A DNA stretch of 64,000 nt from Schizochytrium sp. TIO01. Taxonomy: Eukaryota; Protista; Bigyra: Labyrinthulomycetes. Below are positions 45,929 through 58,549 of this stretch, one piece after another. The position numbers were made by a program, and so were the translations under genes. The stretch lies in the NCBI GenBank assembly GCA_004764695.1, contig SMSO01000036.1, positions 1,736,001 to 1,800,000 on the forward strand. The letters run 5' to 3'. The stretch's first letter is position 1, and each line of letters begins with the position of its first letter. The notes beneath the pieces are model-generated. The model had not been told where the DNA came from. It did not search any database and saw only the letters and a program-made list of their open reading frames with translations.

Positions 45929-45960
<32 letters not shown>
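45929..45960. repeat. (CAG)n microsatellite
   Basis: About 10 units visible. Confidence 0.9.
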
Positions 45961-45961
<1 letters not shown>

Positions 45962-46040
45962 GCTACGCCAAAAGATTGCGGTCAATCTGGGCCGCCGCGG
46001 ATAGCGCCCACGAGAGGTTCCGCACAATCTCAATGTATTG

Positions 46041-46155
46041 CATTGCATTGCATTGCATTGCATTGCATTGCATTGCATTGCATTGCATTACATTTCATTG
46101 CATTACATTTCATTGCGTTACATTTCATTGCATTACATTTCATTGCATTACATTG
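46041..46155. repeat. Pentanucleotide array (CATTG)9 followed by a 15-mer higher-order unit (CATTA CATTT CATTG)x4
   Basis: Read directly; the third 15-mer begins CGTTA. Confidence 0.92.
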
Positions 46156-46550
46156 CAATCTCCTCGATGCGATGCAGATAGCTCATTTCAAGCTGGAGCA
46201 GTCGAGGAAGGTTCTTGCCGAGCAAGAGCTTGCAAGACCAAGCAAGCGACTGCGTCGTGGACTCGGCCGCGGCGGACCCATCCAGGCGATTCGCGGTGCT
46301 CTTGCGCGGAGACGGATGAATCGTTGAGCAAACTAGGGTATTCTCCTCCTTCGTTTGTGCGGCGTCCCATCATCGTACGTAGGCAGGTAGGTCAATGGGG
46401 CGCCTGCTGCTTCTTTAGCGAATAAGACCAAGACCAGTGGAGCAAATCTGGCGGTGGCGCTTGAAATGCAAGTCCTCTCGTCCTCGAGTTCCGCTTCTTG
46501 CAAACAAATGCCGCCTCAGCTTGCGATTCAATCAAAACCCACCTGCAGAT

Positions 46551-46590
46551 CATGCATGCATGCATGCATGCATGCATGCATGCATGCATG
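46551..46590. repeat. (CATG)10 self-complementary microsatellite
   Basis: Read directly. Confidence 0.92.
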
Positions 46591-47000
46591 GCATGCGTGT
46601 AAATCCGGGTTCGAGGACTTGGTTGAACGATCGAATGTGTATCCATCTCGCCAATTCCAAGCGTCCCGTCCACTCATTCATTCGTTCATTCATTCATTCA
46701 TTCATTCGGGGATTTGGACAAACTGCTGCGAGGAGCAATTGAATTCAACTCAGCTCGCAGTGCCAGCGTGGCCACCACCACGATGTCTGGAGGACACCCC
46801 GAAGATGACCACGACCACGACGACGACCACGACGACGGCGACGTCGAAGCTCTCGCGAGGCGTGCATTTATTTGCTTCGTTTGCCCATCGATCACGCTTC
46901 TCTTATTTGCCGATTTCGCACTCCTGCCGGGACCCGCAAGAACCCGAGCAAACCTCCGTACTTCTTTCTGCCAAGTGATGTATGTGGATGTGACTTGCTT

Positions 47001-47110
47001 ACATACAGACATACATACATACATACATACAAACATACATACACATAAAACATACATCCTCGATGCTCGGAAGGCAGACAAGCAAGCAAGCAAGCAAGCA
47101 AACAAACAAA
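47001..47110. repeat. (CATA)n and (GCAA)n/(CAAA)n microsatellites
   Basis: Read directly. Confidence 0.85.
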
Positions 47111-47293
47111 CGGTAGACTCCTCTGCTCTGCTGCCTCAGGCCAATGCGTCGTAATGGCTGCTTCTCTTCGCTTCTCTTCTCTTCAAGTTGGATTGATTGC
47201 GGCGGGCCCGGAGCTTTTGGAAAGCGCTCGTTGTTGGGGTCCTTTGATCGTTTCCTCAGACCACGCACAGTACGGTAATAATTTAATGTTTTA

Positions 47294-47337
47294 TTAATTA
47301 ATTAATTAATTAATTAATTAATTAATTAATTAATTAA
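47294..47337. repeat. (TTAA)11 self-complementary microsatellite
   Basis: Read directly. Confidence 0.92.
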
Positions 47338-47641
47338 GTTATATATTATTATTTTAATTTAAAATTTGCATTCTACTCTTATAGTTTTGCCTCATCGACT
47401 GCCATCATGTAAGTAAAGCATGTTTTATCTCATTCTAAACTTACAAAGCGCACTGCAGGCTATGCATGATATGAATATATTCACTTTTAGATTAAAATTA
47501 CTGTTTAAAAATGTGTCATAAAAAATGTATCCTAAAAATACAATAAATAAATTAATAAATTAATAAATTAATTAAAATAACTCCCAAGGTGTCATTACCA
47601 TGACTAACGATATCAATCACTTCAACGATCATCATTACAAA

Positions 47642-47690
<49 letters not shown>
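47642..47690. repeat. (TAC)16 microsatellite
   Basis: Read directly. Confidence 0.92.
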
Positions 47691-47843
47691 GTTTCTTATG
47701 ATAACGATGTTGATTGATATTAAAGAATCATAGACCAGTGAAAGTGCCTTTGAAAGAGGGATTTGGTGGTTTGGAGGCTTTCCGAAGCACAAGGAAACGG
47801 GCGGTGTCCCGGCCGCCTCGGGAGTCAGGAGTCCGAGTCAGTC

Positions 47844-47856
47844 AGACTGACAGACT

Positions 47857-47896
<40 letters not shown>
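47844..47896. repeat. (GACA)n microsatellite
   Basis: Read directly. Confidence 0.9.
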
Positions 47897-50800
47897 GGCG
47901 GGCATGGCTAGCTAGCCATTTGAGGAGCCATGACCAGCCAGCCAGTGGTTTCCCGCTCGTCGTCTTGGCCACCATTGGCCGTGTGAGGTCCTCTCCCTTT
48001 CGCTGATGGCGCGGAGGTCAGCCGTCCAGCGGCCTCTTAGTAATAAAAGCGCCGGGAAAAAGAAAAGAAATCTTTACTTACTTACTTATACTTACTTATA
48101 CTTACTTAGTTATTTACTTCGTTAGCTACCCATTCATTGACCCTTGTTCTCTGTAGAACGAACGGATGGGAAGAAAAACCAAAACATCTTGAAGGTCATC
48201 TTTCAAGAAGGGTCGCCATACGTTCTGTCTGCCAAGCTGGGGCGGGGAACGCTGCTAGTATACTTGCAGTAAGCAGCCCAAATCGGGCTAGAGCTCATTG
48301 TCCAGAGTGACATGTTTCACATCAATCCCCTCCCATCTCCTGGCAATCGAACTCTTAAATAAAGAAAGGGAAAAAAGGGTGCCTTCCGAGATGCTTGGCG
48401 CTCCGCTATTTATATATTTATATATTTATATAATTATATATTTATTTATTTGCTTCTTTGTTTATGGTTCTCTGCTGCAACACTCGGTGCTCTTAGCGCC
48501 ATTTACTGGCGCGCCTAGGAAGAAGAGTTATTTCGTTTGAATAGGGAGGAATGAATGCATTAGTTGTGGTTTTGTGGAAAACGTACCCGTATTACGCTTC
48601 AGCGCGCAACGGTTTAAACAGTGCCTCGCGGAAAAGCTGGAGCCCTCGAAGCTGGCGTTTTGAAGCTTGGAAGAGGGCGTCGGAGTCCACCCATTTTGGC
48701 CCTCTCAGAGACGAACTCGGCGTCGCAAACCGCGCGAATCTCGCTTTCTCCCTTTCGAGTCAACAGCCCGACTCATGACCTTAAGCTGTAGGGACCAGTA
48801 AGTTTGCGATGGTGATAGTGCACGCAAGGCAGGTTTGTGCAACTTTGTGGTATACAACGAATGAACCGTTTGCCCTCGACTTTCAGTTGATTGAAAAGGA
48901 CAATTAATTTCCTACGTAGTGTTGCGATACTAGTTCCGAAAACCTGATTCCAGGAAAAGAATAGGAAGCAGTACGAAAGAAGCCTGTCTGATGAGATGAG
49001 TGGCTAATAAATCATTTACCCTAAGGGAATTCGAAAACTTGCTGCACAAACTTGAAAATAATGATACGCTTGACCGTCACGCTACGGACGGCATTTTATT
49101 TTTATTTATTTATTTTATTTAATTAAAAGTTATTAACAAAAAAAAAAGAAAGCTAATAAATAATGAGAAAGTCCAAGGCCAGCAAAAGGAAAAATAGGTA
49201 AAAAAAATTGAAAGCATTTGTTTTGCTTCATTAAAACCTGCTGGAGCATGGAACGAAAAGAGGTAGCGAGGCAGACTCTTCAGTCATAGGAGTATTGCTC
49301 GTTTTGATTTATTAAATGTTCTGCAATATCTATCTGGAATATACATATGTGATCAATGGTGGCGTTTTACTGATCAGCACTAGCTAGAGTACATTCCAAG
49401 TTGAATTTCTGAGAAGATGAGTATTCCAAACAAAGCTGTATCATAGGAGCACCAGTCCCAAGTCTTTGATCTTATGTTTCCTCCAATGTTTCCTTTTCTT
49501 AGCATACATACCTTGGATACCAAATTTCTTTCATAAGTTTACAAATTATATTTCCTGCATTCTACTTTCGAGCTGTTGCTTTCATCCGCCAGCATTGTAC
49601 CCAAACAGAAAAAGGAAGAGCATCTCTCCTGATTCTTCACAAGGTAGGCAGGCACCTCCCCAGTGTGAATTTATTGTCAAGAATGGGCAGGTTTGATGAT
49701 TTCGTGCTGACCTGAGCCCTGATTGTATCAAGAATGAACCGCTCGACCTCCCGTTCTCTTCCGTCTCCAGAAGTACTACGTACACCTTTTGCTAGCCATA
49801 CCAACTTCAACAGTACCTAGCGCCGTACTACTACTACCGGGTACTATCTCTTCGGGTTCTCTCCACGATTCAGAGCCAGCCTTTTAATGCACGGTACCTG
49901 CTCCTGCTGCTGCTGAGAGAGGGCCTCGATTTCGATGATTCATCATTCGAGGCTTTCTTCACTACGGCTCGCAATAATATCCGCCGCGAGTTTTTGAGCT
50001 GTGCGAAGTCAGTCTGCCACTCGTTCAGGCTCCTGTGCCGAGAAGGACCCCGCGCAGGGCAGCCTAGCGCAGCGAACCTCGCCAGCCAGCCTAATCTAGG
50101 AAGGAGGCAAATTTAGCTGCAGCCTTAATTTGGTAGACACTCAATGTGCTGTACCTGGATTACAACCCCGCCAGCTCACCTCTGTGTTGGCGTGTTGGTC
50201 TCTCTCTCTGCGTGGCCGAACTAAGCTTACGATTGCAGGGCAGTTAGTTACAGCTCAAAAGCTTCAACTCGTCTTGCAACCAACCACCAGCTCGCTCGCT
50301 GTTCATCGCGTGCATGTAAATTTAACAAACATCTGTGGTCGCCAATCATTTCACGAGCGGTACGCGCCAAAGCCGCCAGGACATCCATCTCCAGGCAAGG
50401 CTTAACCAGTCCGTCAGTGTTAGCGTAGGTGGCTAGGATTCAAGGATCGTGAATGGAGAGACAATCGAGGGCCTTGAATGAGAAATTTAGTTAGTTCGTT
50501 AGTTCGGGCAACTTGAATACGAAGAAAGGGATTCCAACGTGCCTTTCATTGAACTGCAATTCCATTGGTTTCCATTGGTCTCCGTCCGTGAGTGTGGACC
50601 AGCGATAGTACCAAGCGGCAAGCAAGCCAGGTGCTGCTTCTCTCGCGCAGGATTGTGGGGACTTTTCGACCATGGCAAACGTTAAGCGCACCTGGTACTA
50701 CTATCTGTCTCTGGCCATCGATCGAACGTCTTGAGCTCCATCCACTGTAGCTGTCCAAGGGCTTGGCGGCCTCTGGAGTGGCTGGCCGAGTGGCGGAATG

Positions 50801-53246
50801 AGCGATCGTGGAGCGTAAATTGTTGATGAACCTCGAGTGCTTGCCAGTATTGTTGTGTCGGTGTGTACAACTTGAAGGCTAAATCATGATATAATGTGCT
50901 AGGTACCTAAGGTACCCACTTCGGAAAAGCCAGTCAGTCCGCACCAACCGCTGTAGAAATGATTCCGAAAACTGTGCCGTGAATGGACGCGAGAGAGCCT
51001 TCTTTGACGTGGTTTCTTTGCTGCCGACTGGTGGCTTCGCCAATTATCATCGATGATCTCAATTTGGGCGCGAGGGCTTTGACTTCTTGAGGGCACAGTC
51101 TTTAAAGAAGCTCGCTCTTTGATTGATGTTTCATAGACTATGATGGTCTCTCTCTTTTTTTTTTTTTTTTTTTCAGTTATAGCACCAGTTAAGAATATAA
51201 AGAAAGCCTTTAAACTGAGAAATGGAAAAGTAAAAAAAAATATTAAAATTAAAATTGTTTTCAAAATCATTTTTTTAAAATAGCATTTCTCTACGTAATA
51301 ATATGAGCTCAGAAAGAGAGCCATCGCTTTCTGAACCGTTCCTTTTTATTGCTGAGTGAGGACTCTTTGGAGGTGCAGAAACTCGGCGTTCCTCTATTTT
51401 AAAATAGTCAAGTTGCCTACAAGTCCGTTGCGCTGGAGAGTACCCAAGTTTTTTACCATACTAATTCCAATGGAATGGACGGCTCTCCGGCCTCACGTGC
51501 TGGAGGCTGTTTAATTTGTATATAATCCAAGAAAGTAATTTGTGGGTGATCTCTTCGTTTTCATGGCCTCAACTTTTGAAAAAAGGCCACCCTATATAAA
51601 AAGAAAACTATAAACTGAGTATCATCCCACTTTCTTTTCAAGTAAAAGGAAGTTCAATATCTACATATTATTACCATCTTTATTTAAACATATAAAAATA
51701 GTATTATTATTTAAACTTAGAAGCCCATCTATTATGAAGAAAACGGGGAGAAAGGAAAGAAAGACTCAAGGTGAAATAATGTTATATATTTACGGATTTT
51801 AAGAAGTTGTGAAGAGTCTCCAGCAAGAGAGAGGAGTCACAATTTGAACAAGACGTGATGAAGAAAAGAGATGCTGAGAACGGGGTTGAGAAGAACCCAT
51901 TTTGGCGTTCCAAAAAAATGCCGCGCTTTTGCAGAGAGGGCTGGTTGGTTTACGAGTATTCCGCACCTCGAGTACGGCTTAAAGCCCTCCCTCCCCATTA
52001 ATCCTATCCCTCTTTCCCTCAAAAATATGAAAGGCCGAGCTGAAGCATTGTGAAAAAAATAAAATAAAAAAGTACGCGCTAAATCTACTCTTGGATTGAC
52101 ATACATCCACTACGATTTTCGCTCGGAGCCGCACGTTTCGAGCTCCTCCTCACTTTTCTTCAAAGAGCCTTCGCTCAGCCAAATCCATTCTCTCGAGTTG
52201 CACGGCTTCTATCTGCGTAGCTAGCTTGCTAGGTGCCTGTCGTTCTCTGCTATTGCAACCCCGTGTTCAAGTTATAGAAACCAGCTCCAAATTTGCGGTT
52301 GTCCTCCTCGCTGCCGCTTTGGCGATCGAGCGAGGGAGCTTGGGTTAGATATTAGGTTAGGTTACGTAGCATCGTCGTTATATCCCTCTACCTTACAAAG
52401 TCAAGATCTTTGGTTTGAGCGTCCAATACAAAGCAGGAAGCGGTCAGCTTCTCCACCGCAAGTTACACAAGATGAGCAATTGAGCGAGAGCGTCCTATCG
52501 CGATGGCCTACGCACCGAGAGGGCGAAGGACGAGAACGCCAGTCTTCTTCGCGATCCCGAGCATCACCGGTGAGACCGCCGCTCCTCGCTGTTCTAACGC
52601 TGCCCTCCGCACATTTCCAACTAGGAGCAGTGCTAGTGTAGTGCTAGGCATTCTCTGCTCATTGCGGGCACCGTTGAGAGCCACCGTTGAAAACAATCAA
52701 GTAAAATGTATTCTCTCTTTTTCCAACTCCTTTTTAACATTAAAAAAAGGTTATTTAGCTTTTTAAAGGAATATGCTGCAGGTTGACATAATTATAATGC
52801 TTCTACATCAATTGATGGGTACATAGGGTACGAATACTAGGCCTTCATGACGTGAATGGACATCCCGAAGATCATATCATGTCCTCACTTTTGCAAACCC
52901 AAATGGGTCCCTTAGGTCGTCGAAGAAGAAGGAATGCAAGAGAGAGAGAGAAGAGAGCAAAAAACGAAGAGAAGACTTGTTAAAACAAACAGACGCGCCA
53001 ACTTTCTATGGGAAACCCTAAGAGAAAGAAAGAGAAAGAAGAGAAAGAAAGAGAGAGAAACCAGAAAGCTTGTCAAAACAAACAGACTGAGAGCAGCGCT
53101 CTCCTACTCTGCTTCCCACAGGTCGGCGCGTTCTGGCTGCTTGCTTTGGGCAGAAGCTTGATGAGAGAGGAGGAAGTCGTGCGCTTTCTCTGCTGCTGCT
53201 GTGGATCTGTGGTTCATTCTTCGTCGCGAGCGCCGTCGTGGAGCGA

Positions 53247-53365
53247 AGCAAAGCGATCTAAAGCAAAGCAATCTAGCAAAGCAATGCAAAGCAAAGCAAT
53301 GCAATGCAAAGCAATCCAAAGCAATGAAATGCAAAGCAATGTAACGAAATGCAAAGCAAAGCAAA
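53247..53365. repeat. Degenerate pentanucleotide array (GCAAA/GCAAT/GAAAT)
   Basis: Read directly; resembles the reverse complement of the 46041 array. Confidence 0.85.
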
Positions 53366-55002
53366 TCACAAGTTGAAGCATCCGTTTCAATAGACATCTG
53401 GGAACCGCTTGAATTCCGAGCCTTTGGCGGGGCCTGCGAAGACTACCTATTGATTGAAATGGCCATTTCATTGATCATCATACACGGACCCGTCATGGTT
53501 TTTATAAATGGGCGGGTGCCGTGGAGTAATTCTGACCATGGTGAACAAAATGAGGACAGCTTTGGAGAGAAAGAAACTTCGTGCAGCAATCGGTCGCTCT
53601 GAAGCGTCGTGGAGAGGCTGAGCTGCTGGTGGCGGCGCAGTAGACACGGAGAAGATGGAAACGGCGGGGAGGAGATGGAGGCTGGCTGGCCTGTTCACCC
53701 CACGGGTTGTGTCTGGATCAAGGCGCGGCGGGCTTCCTACTAGATTTTTCGAGTCTTCTTCTGGTAGGCTGCCTGATTGCCGAAGGGATGCGCTGCCCAA
53801 GGTGGGCGTATGCTCACTCGTCCATTCACTCTTTCACGCACTCATAGATACATACACCTGCTACTGATTTGCAGCCACCAAGCTCACATTCACTTTGGTA
53901 GTCTACCTCGAATTGATTCTGTGATTTGCTTGATGATCATACATTGGCCGCCTTCGATAAGGTTGAACCCCAATCGATCTGAGAAAATTGCCAAAGAGCT
54001 AGGCATGCACGCATACAGAAGCTTGGCGACACTCAATCAAGCTGGTTCGAACGGACAGGCACTGTGCACGGAAGAACAAAGGTATCCATCCATTCTGGTG
54101 GAGAGGCTGAGATCGATCGTTTTTTGAGAAGAGACGAACTCCTCTTGGCTTTTCACAGAAAGGCTTCCACAGAAAGGAAACACAAGAAAGAGAACTCCTG
54201 TGCTTTTCACAGTTTTCACAAACTGAGGTTGCTGAAAGAGTGAAGCGATCAAGAGGATGGAGAAAGAATGCCGACCAAAGGCCACGGATTGAGTATCTTG
54301 CTTATTCAAGAGAGGCTTGGCCATGAGCCACCCTCGCGCTGGACATGAAGGGCCTCAGTGGGCTTTATGACTTGCGAAGAAGACAACGCGTGACGGGAAA
54401 GGCGAGCTGAGTTCTCTGGATTAGTGGCTGCATACGGAAGCCAGATATAGGCGGCGAGGTTCCTCGCGCCCTTGTGAACTGAGCTGGACTGGGTTCGACT
54501 GAGCGGTTGTGTTCTCCATCGAACTATTTTAGAATAGGCAGGCGGTTTAATTTAAATTAAAAAGCAGTTTTGTGAATGACCGAAAGAGTGAACTTTATAA
54601 AGACTCCGCAGAGCTGCTAGCTCCCACAGTGTAAATAAATTCATTCAATTAGTTGAGAACGAGGCCGAACTGAGAGATGTAAGTAAATATACTATTTAAT
54701 CATTCATTCATTCATTTACTTATTTATTTATTTACTTATTTATTTGACTGCCTACTATCCATATATTCATCCAGATTTCGTAAGTTCTCTATGCTTCAAC
54801 ACTCGAGGTCCATTTCTTTTCCTGTTCTTCGCTCCAGAGCTCAACGACCTCTTCAACAATCACCGTCTTCGCAGTTGATGGTCAATCAGCCTAATGGCCA
54901 ACGAACGGCCAATCAATCAGTCAATCACTCAATCAACTAATCAATCAATCAAGCGGTTGACCATTTGAGATGCGAAGCACTCGGTCTCACCGACTGGACT
55001 GA

Positions 55003-55060
<58 letters not shown>
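55003..55060. repeat. (CTTG)~14 microsatellite
   Basis: Read directly. Confidence 0.92.
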
Positions 55061-55061
<1 letters not shown>

Positions 55062-55399
55062 CGCTGTAAGGATGGATTCGTTGGGCACGGTTGGCTGCTG
55101 TGAGCCCGGCATCGAAATCACCAGCTCTGATGGCACCAGCATTACATTACCTACGTACGTACCCATCCGAATTTCTGACCTACTCTCCGAGACCACTCGA
55201 TCGTGAAGGACTCCTGCGCTCTCAGGCATTCGCTACCTACCTGTACCTACTCCTAGCACGTCGAGTCTCAACCGCTGCCTATCTCGACTACTTTTACTTT
55301 TAATCAATGCTTGATGAGTTTCTTTTATGCTCTTTTATCTTCTTTTTTTTAACTTCGTACGTAGGTGTTGGTTAGCATGCTGGACGCTAACCGGCAATG

Positions 55400-57494
55400 G
55401 AATCTCGCGAGAATCTGCGGCGCATCTTTGGCCACCGCCCTCAGTCCACTCATTCACCGAAACCCCTTTTAAAGATTCTTTCTCCTTTCTCCTTTAAGGA
55501 AGAAGAAACCACTTTGTTATGTACATACAATATATATATCGAGGTAGAGAAAAATATTATAAAATTAGTCGTCCTATCCCTATCCCTTTTACTTTTACTT
55601 TTAATTAAAAAATATTTGATTGACGCCGATTTAGTTGTCTGTTAATTTGGAATCCGCTAAATGTATTTCTCTATCTGCAGGGTAAAGTGCTTCTCATGGT
55701 TTTTAGCTTTCGGCACTCATGGTTCTATCCTGACCAGAACTCGGATCCTGTGCTAGGTCTTCAAGATTTATTTCATTTCTATCTCGATCTATGTTTATCA
55801 TGACTGTCTCAATAATACGTGGCTTTGAAGGAATAAAAAAATTAAGGAATATATAGGTAGGTAGGTACCTAGTGAAATTCCGAAGAGTGGAGCTAAAGAG
55901 AGCTTCAAAGCGGGGCTAAATTGTGAACAAGTGCATTTCTTTCCAAGGGTTGCTGCAATGAATGACTCATTGCGATCAATGGGGTTTATTGCAGAGCCGC
56001 AAGAGCGCAGAGATTTCCTCGCGAAGAGTTCGAGAGGAAATGAATCTACATTATCTGCCATACAATCTCTCCGTCGAGCACAGCCTGAGCTACTTCCAGG
56101 GCAATGTAGAGGGTGGCGGCACGCCGCATCTGCAAAGTGGGAAAGCAGCACACAAAGATGCGCCGCCTCTTTTCACCGCCCACCATTACTAATAGTAGTA
56201 TATTCAACATCACGATCATCATGTAAAGCCGTAGTGTCAATCAGGTTCTTCGTATCTTGTCCATAGATTAGATTACATATGGCTACTGCAGCTACTACTA
56301 CCCTACCATATTTTGTTGTTGGTTTTCATTGCTTGAATTTTTTACATTCTAATTTAAAAAACAAATGATCTAAAAATAAAAAAAAGAAGAGGAGCAATCA
56401 TAAATATATATCGATCTATGCTTTGAAAAAAGTACGGTACTAAAACAGAGAAGGAAGGAAATGAGCGAAGCTTTGAGATGGTGGCGCGAACAGAGAGGGC
56501 GCCATCTTCGTCGGACTTTGCCATGAAGAAACCGCGCATTGCAGACAGGATTCAAACCCGCACAGGAATCGCACGAATCTCACGATGCTCGCGCACGATT
56601 CATCTCAGTATGGCAGAAGGCGCCTTGAGATTCAAGCGGCATCTAACTGTCTGTCTGTCTGTCTTAATTAGTTAAGGTCTTGATGTCTGTCTGTCTGTCT
56701 CTCTGCCCGACGGGTGATTGGCTGATTGGCTGATTAGTGGACTGTAAAGATTCCTTCCAAGTCTTTCTTTCATCGCGCTGCTTCCTGGCGCTCGCAGATT
56801 CTTCTGCATGCTCCTGCAGAACTGGTAAAGAAAGGCTATAAGAGCGAAAAGAAAATGTCTTATTATTTTCATGTTTGCACTAAGAAACGATACTTTGAAA
56901 TGTAAAAATCATTTAATTAAACTTTTAAAGACAATGTTTTTCAAAGAAGAAAAATTTAATTTTTTAAAAAGAGCGCAGGGAATAAACAGCGAGATCCCCT
57001 CCTTTTATCTACGGCAGGTGAGGAGAGAAAGAACAGGGTCAGTGAAACAAAAGTTCGATAGGGGTTAGTTATCTTATGTAGGAGTTGAAAAAGAAAAGAA
57101 AGAAGAGAAAGATTGAGTTGTAAATAGTATGAAAGGGAGAAGTGAGCGCGAAGGCTGTGCATTCCGCTGCGCAAGCTGATCTCTTCGACGTGGAAATACA
57201 CCGCGACGTGCTCTGCCAATGCCGTGTTGGGGTATACATGGCTGGCTGACTGACTGCAGCTTCCGCCTGCTGCCTCAGATGGACCCAAGATTCGGAGTGC
57301 CGTTCTCCACCGCACATTCGCACGGCCCTAGGTACGTCGTCGTCGCTCCCAACGCAGTATGTTATTATTACGGCCCTCAAATCACATTCTGAAATTACAA
57401 AGCGAGAGAAAAAGAGAAAAAGAGAGGGACTCTTCTTAGTTTCTTTTTATTATTGCTGGTTTCTGGAGTCCACCGTATGATTGATTGATTGGCT
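55400..57494. promoter_or_regulatory. Second AGATTC/GAATCT cluster plus tandem CCAAT boxes upstream of the 58550 microprotein gene
   Basis: 9 exact hexamers at 55400, 55411, 55473, 56042, 56575, 56628, 56748, 56796 and 57288. GATTGGCTGATTGGCTG at ~56716 is a tandem NF-Y-type CCAAT on the minus strand; another copy lies near 57487. Confidence 0.45.
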
Positions 57495-58254
57495 GAACAG
57501 GTTCAAAGAAAATGAAAAACTGTTTGGGGAAAGTAAGCCAAGGAAAGGCACGGAAAACAAGAAGAGAGACGTGGATTTGCTGGGGAGTGGGAAATTCATT
57601 TTTTGCTGTTAACCTATTATTATGATCGATGAGCTAATAATGAACGTATGTTGCATCTGTTTAAAAAGAAAGAACCTAAAAGCTAAGAAAGTAGTGGATG
57701 GCATACTTTATTTTCTTTTATCAGTATTTAATCGTATAAAATAAAAATAAAAAACTTTTGCGTGACTGCGTGGGAGGTGTGTCAAAAGGGAGATAGATGG
57801 AAAGGGTAAACTTGTTGTACGAGCCGCAGCGCCTATTTAGAACTTGAGTGAACTTGACAGCGAGGGACCTTTGCTTTATGAAGCGAATAGCATTGCAACG
57901 CAAGGGAAAACAAAACGATCTCAATTTCGAAGAGTATGAAAAGAATAGTCACCTACTACTACTTCTTGGAGGAGCCTAAAACCTGCTTCATCGAATTGAA
58001 CGTGCTTTTAACAAGTAAGTAAGTACATAATTATGTGTTTTATTTTATTCAAAACGGGAGAAAAAGGATACTATAATTTTTGAAAAGGCTGCTCGAAAAA
58101 ATAAATATTTAAAAGAGTTTTTACCTCTGGTAGACGAAACACGCTTTTTCTGTTCTAAAAGGTTGATAGTGGTTAAGGGCTTTGTAGGAAGAAAGAGGAA
58201 AAGAACTGGAAGAAGCAGAGAAAGGCTGGGGCAGTGCGTCCCTTAAAGACAAAG

Positions 58255-58308
58255 AAACAAGCGGAGAAAGAAGAAAGAAGAAAGAAGAAAGAAGAAGAAA
58301 GAAAGAGA

Positions 58309-58353
<45 letters not shown>
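58255..58353. repeat. Purine-rich (GAA/GAAA) tract followed by (AGAC)n
   Basis: Read directly. Confidence 0.85.
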
Positions 58354-58355
<2 letters not shown>

Positions 58356-58549
58356 GGCACCGAGGCAGAAGCAAAACCCGAACTCGAACAAGCAGCCCAA
58401 GTCAAAGACACCGCAAAGGTAGATACTTGTCAGGCAAAGACAACGCATCCCAGTCTTGGACTCGTGCGAAGCAAGCAAACAAACAAGCAAAACTGCAACT
58501 CAAGTTAGCAGCAGCGTTAACGCATTCCATATATCAAACAAGAAGAACA

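Noticed and set aside
45794-46978. Repetitive ORFs (HCIAL, MQCNA, HACM repeats)
   Set aside because: Translations of penta- and tetranucleotide SSRs.
46714-47154. 146-aa ORF with His/Asp-rich MSGGHPEDDHDHDDDH and a hydrophobic stretch
   Set aside because: Built largely from ACG/ACC, CATA and GCAA microsatellites; no independent coding evidence.
52934-53090. Imperfect ~93-bp duplication (CTTGTyAAAACAAACAGAC twice)
   Set aside because: Only two copies embedded in GA-rich low-complexity DNA; not a CRISPR-like or structured array.
13810-54500. Scattered GGTTCGA T-loop-like motifs (e.g. ~13812, 46608, 54044, 54492)
   Set aside because: No cloverleaf stems or A-box around them; no tRNA supported.
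40000-58500. Gene desert as a centromere or endogenous virus/TE island
   Set aside because: No retroelement, viral or long satellite sequence recognised and it is not uniformly AT-rich. It cannot be fully excluded without CENH3 ChIP.
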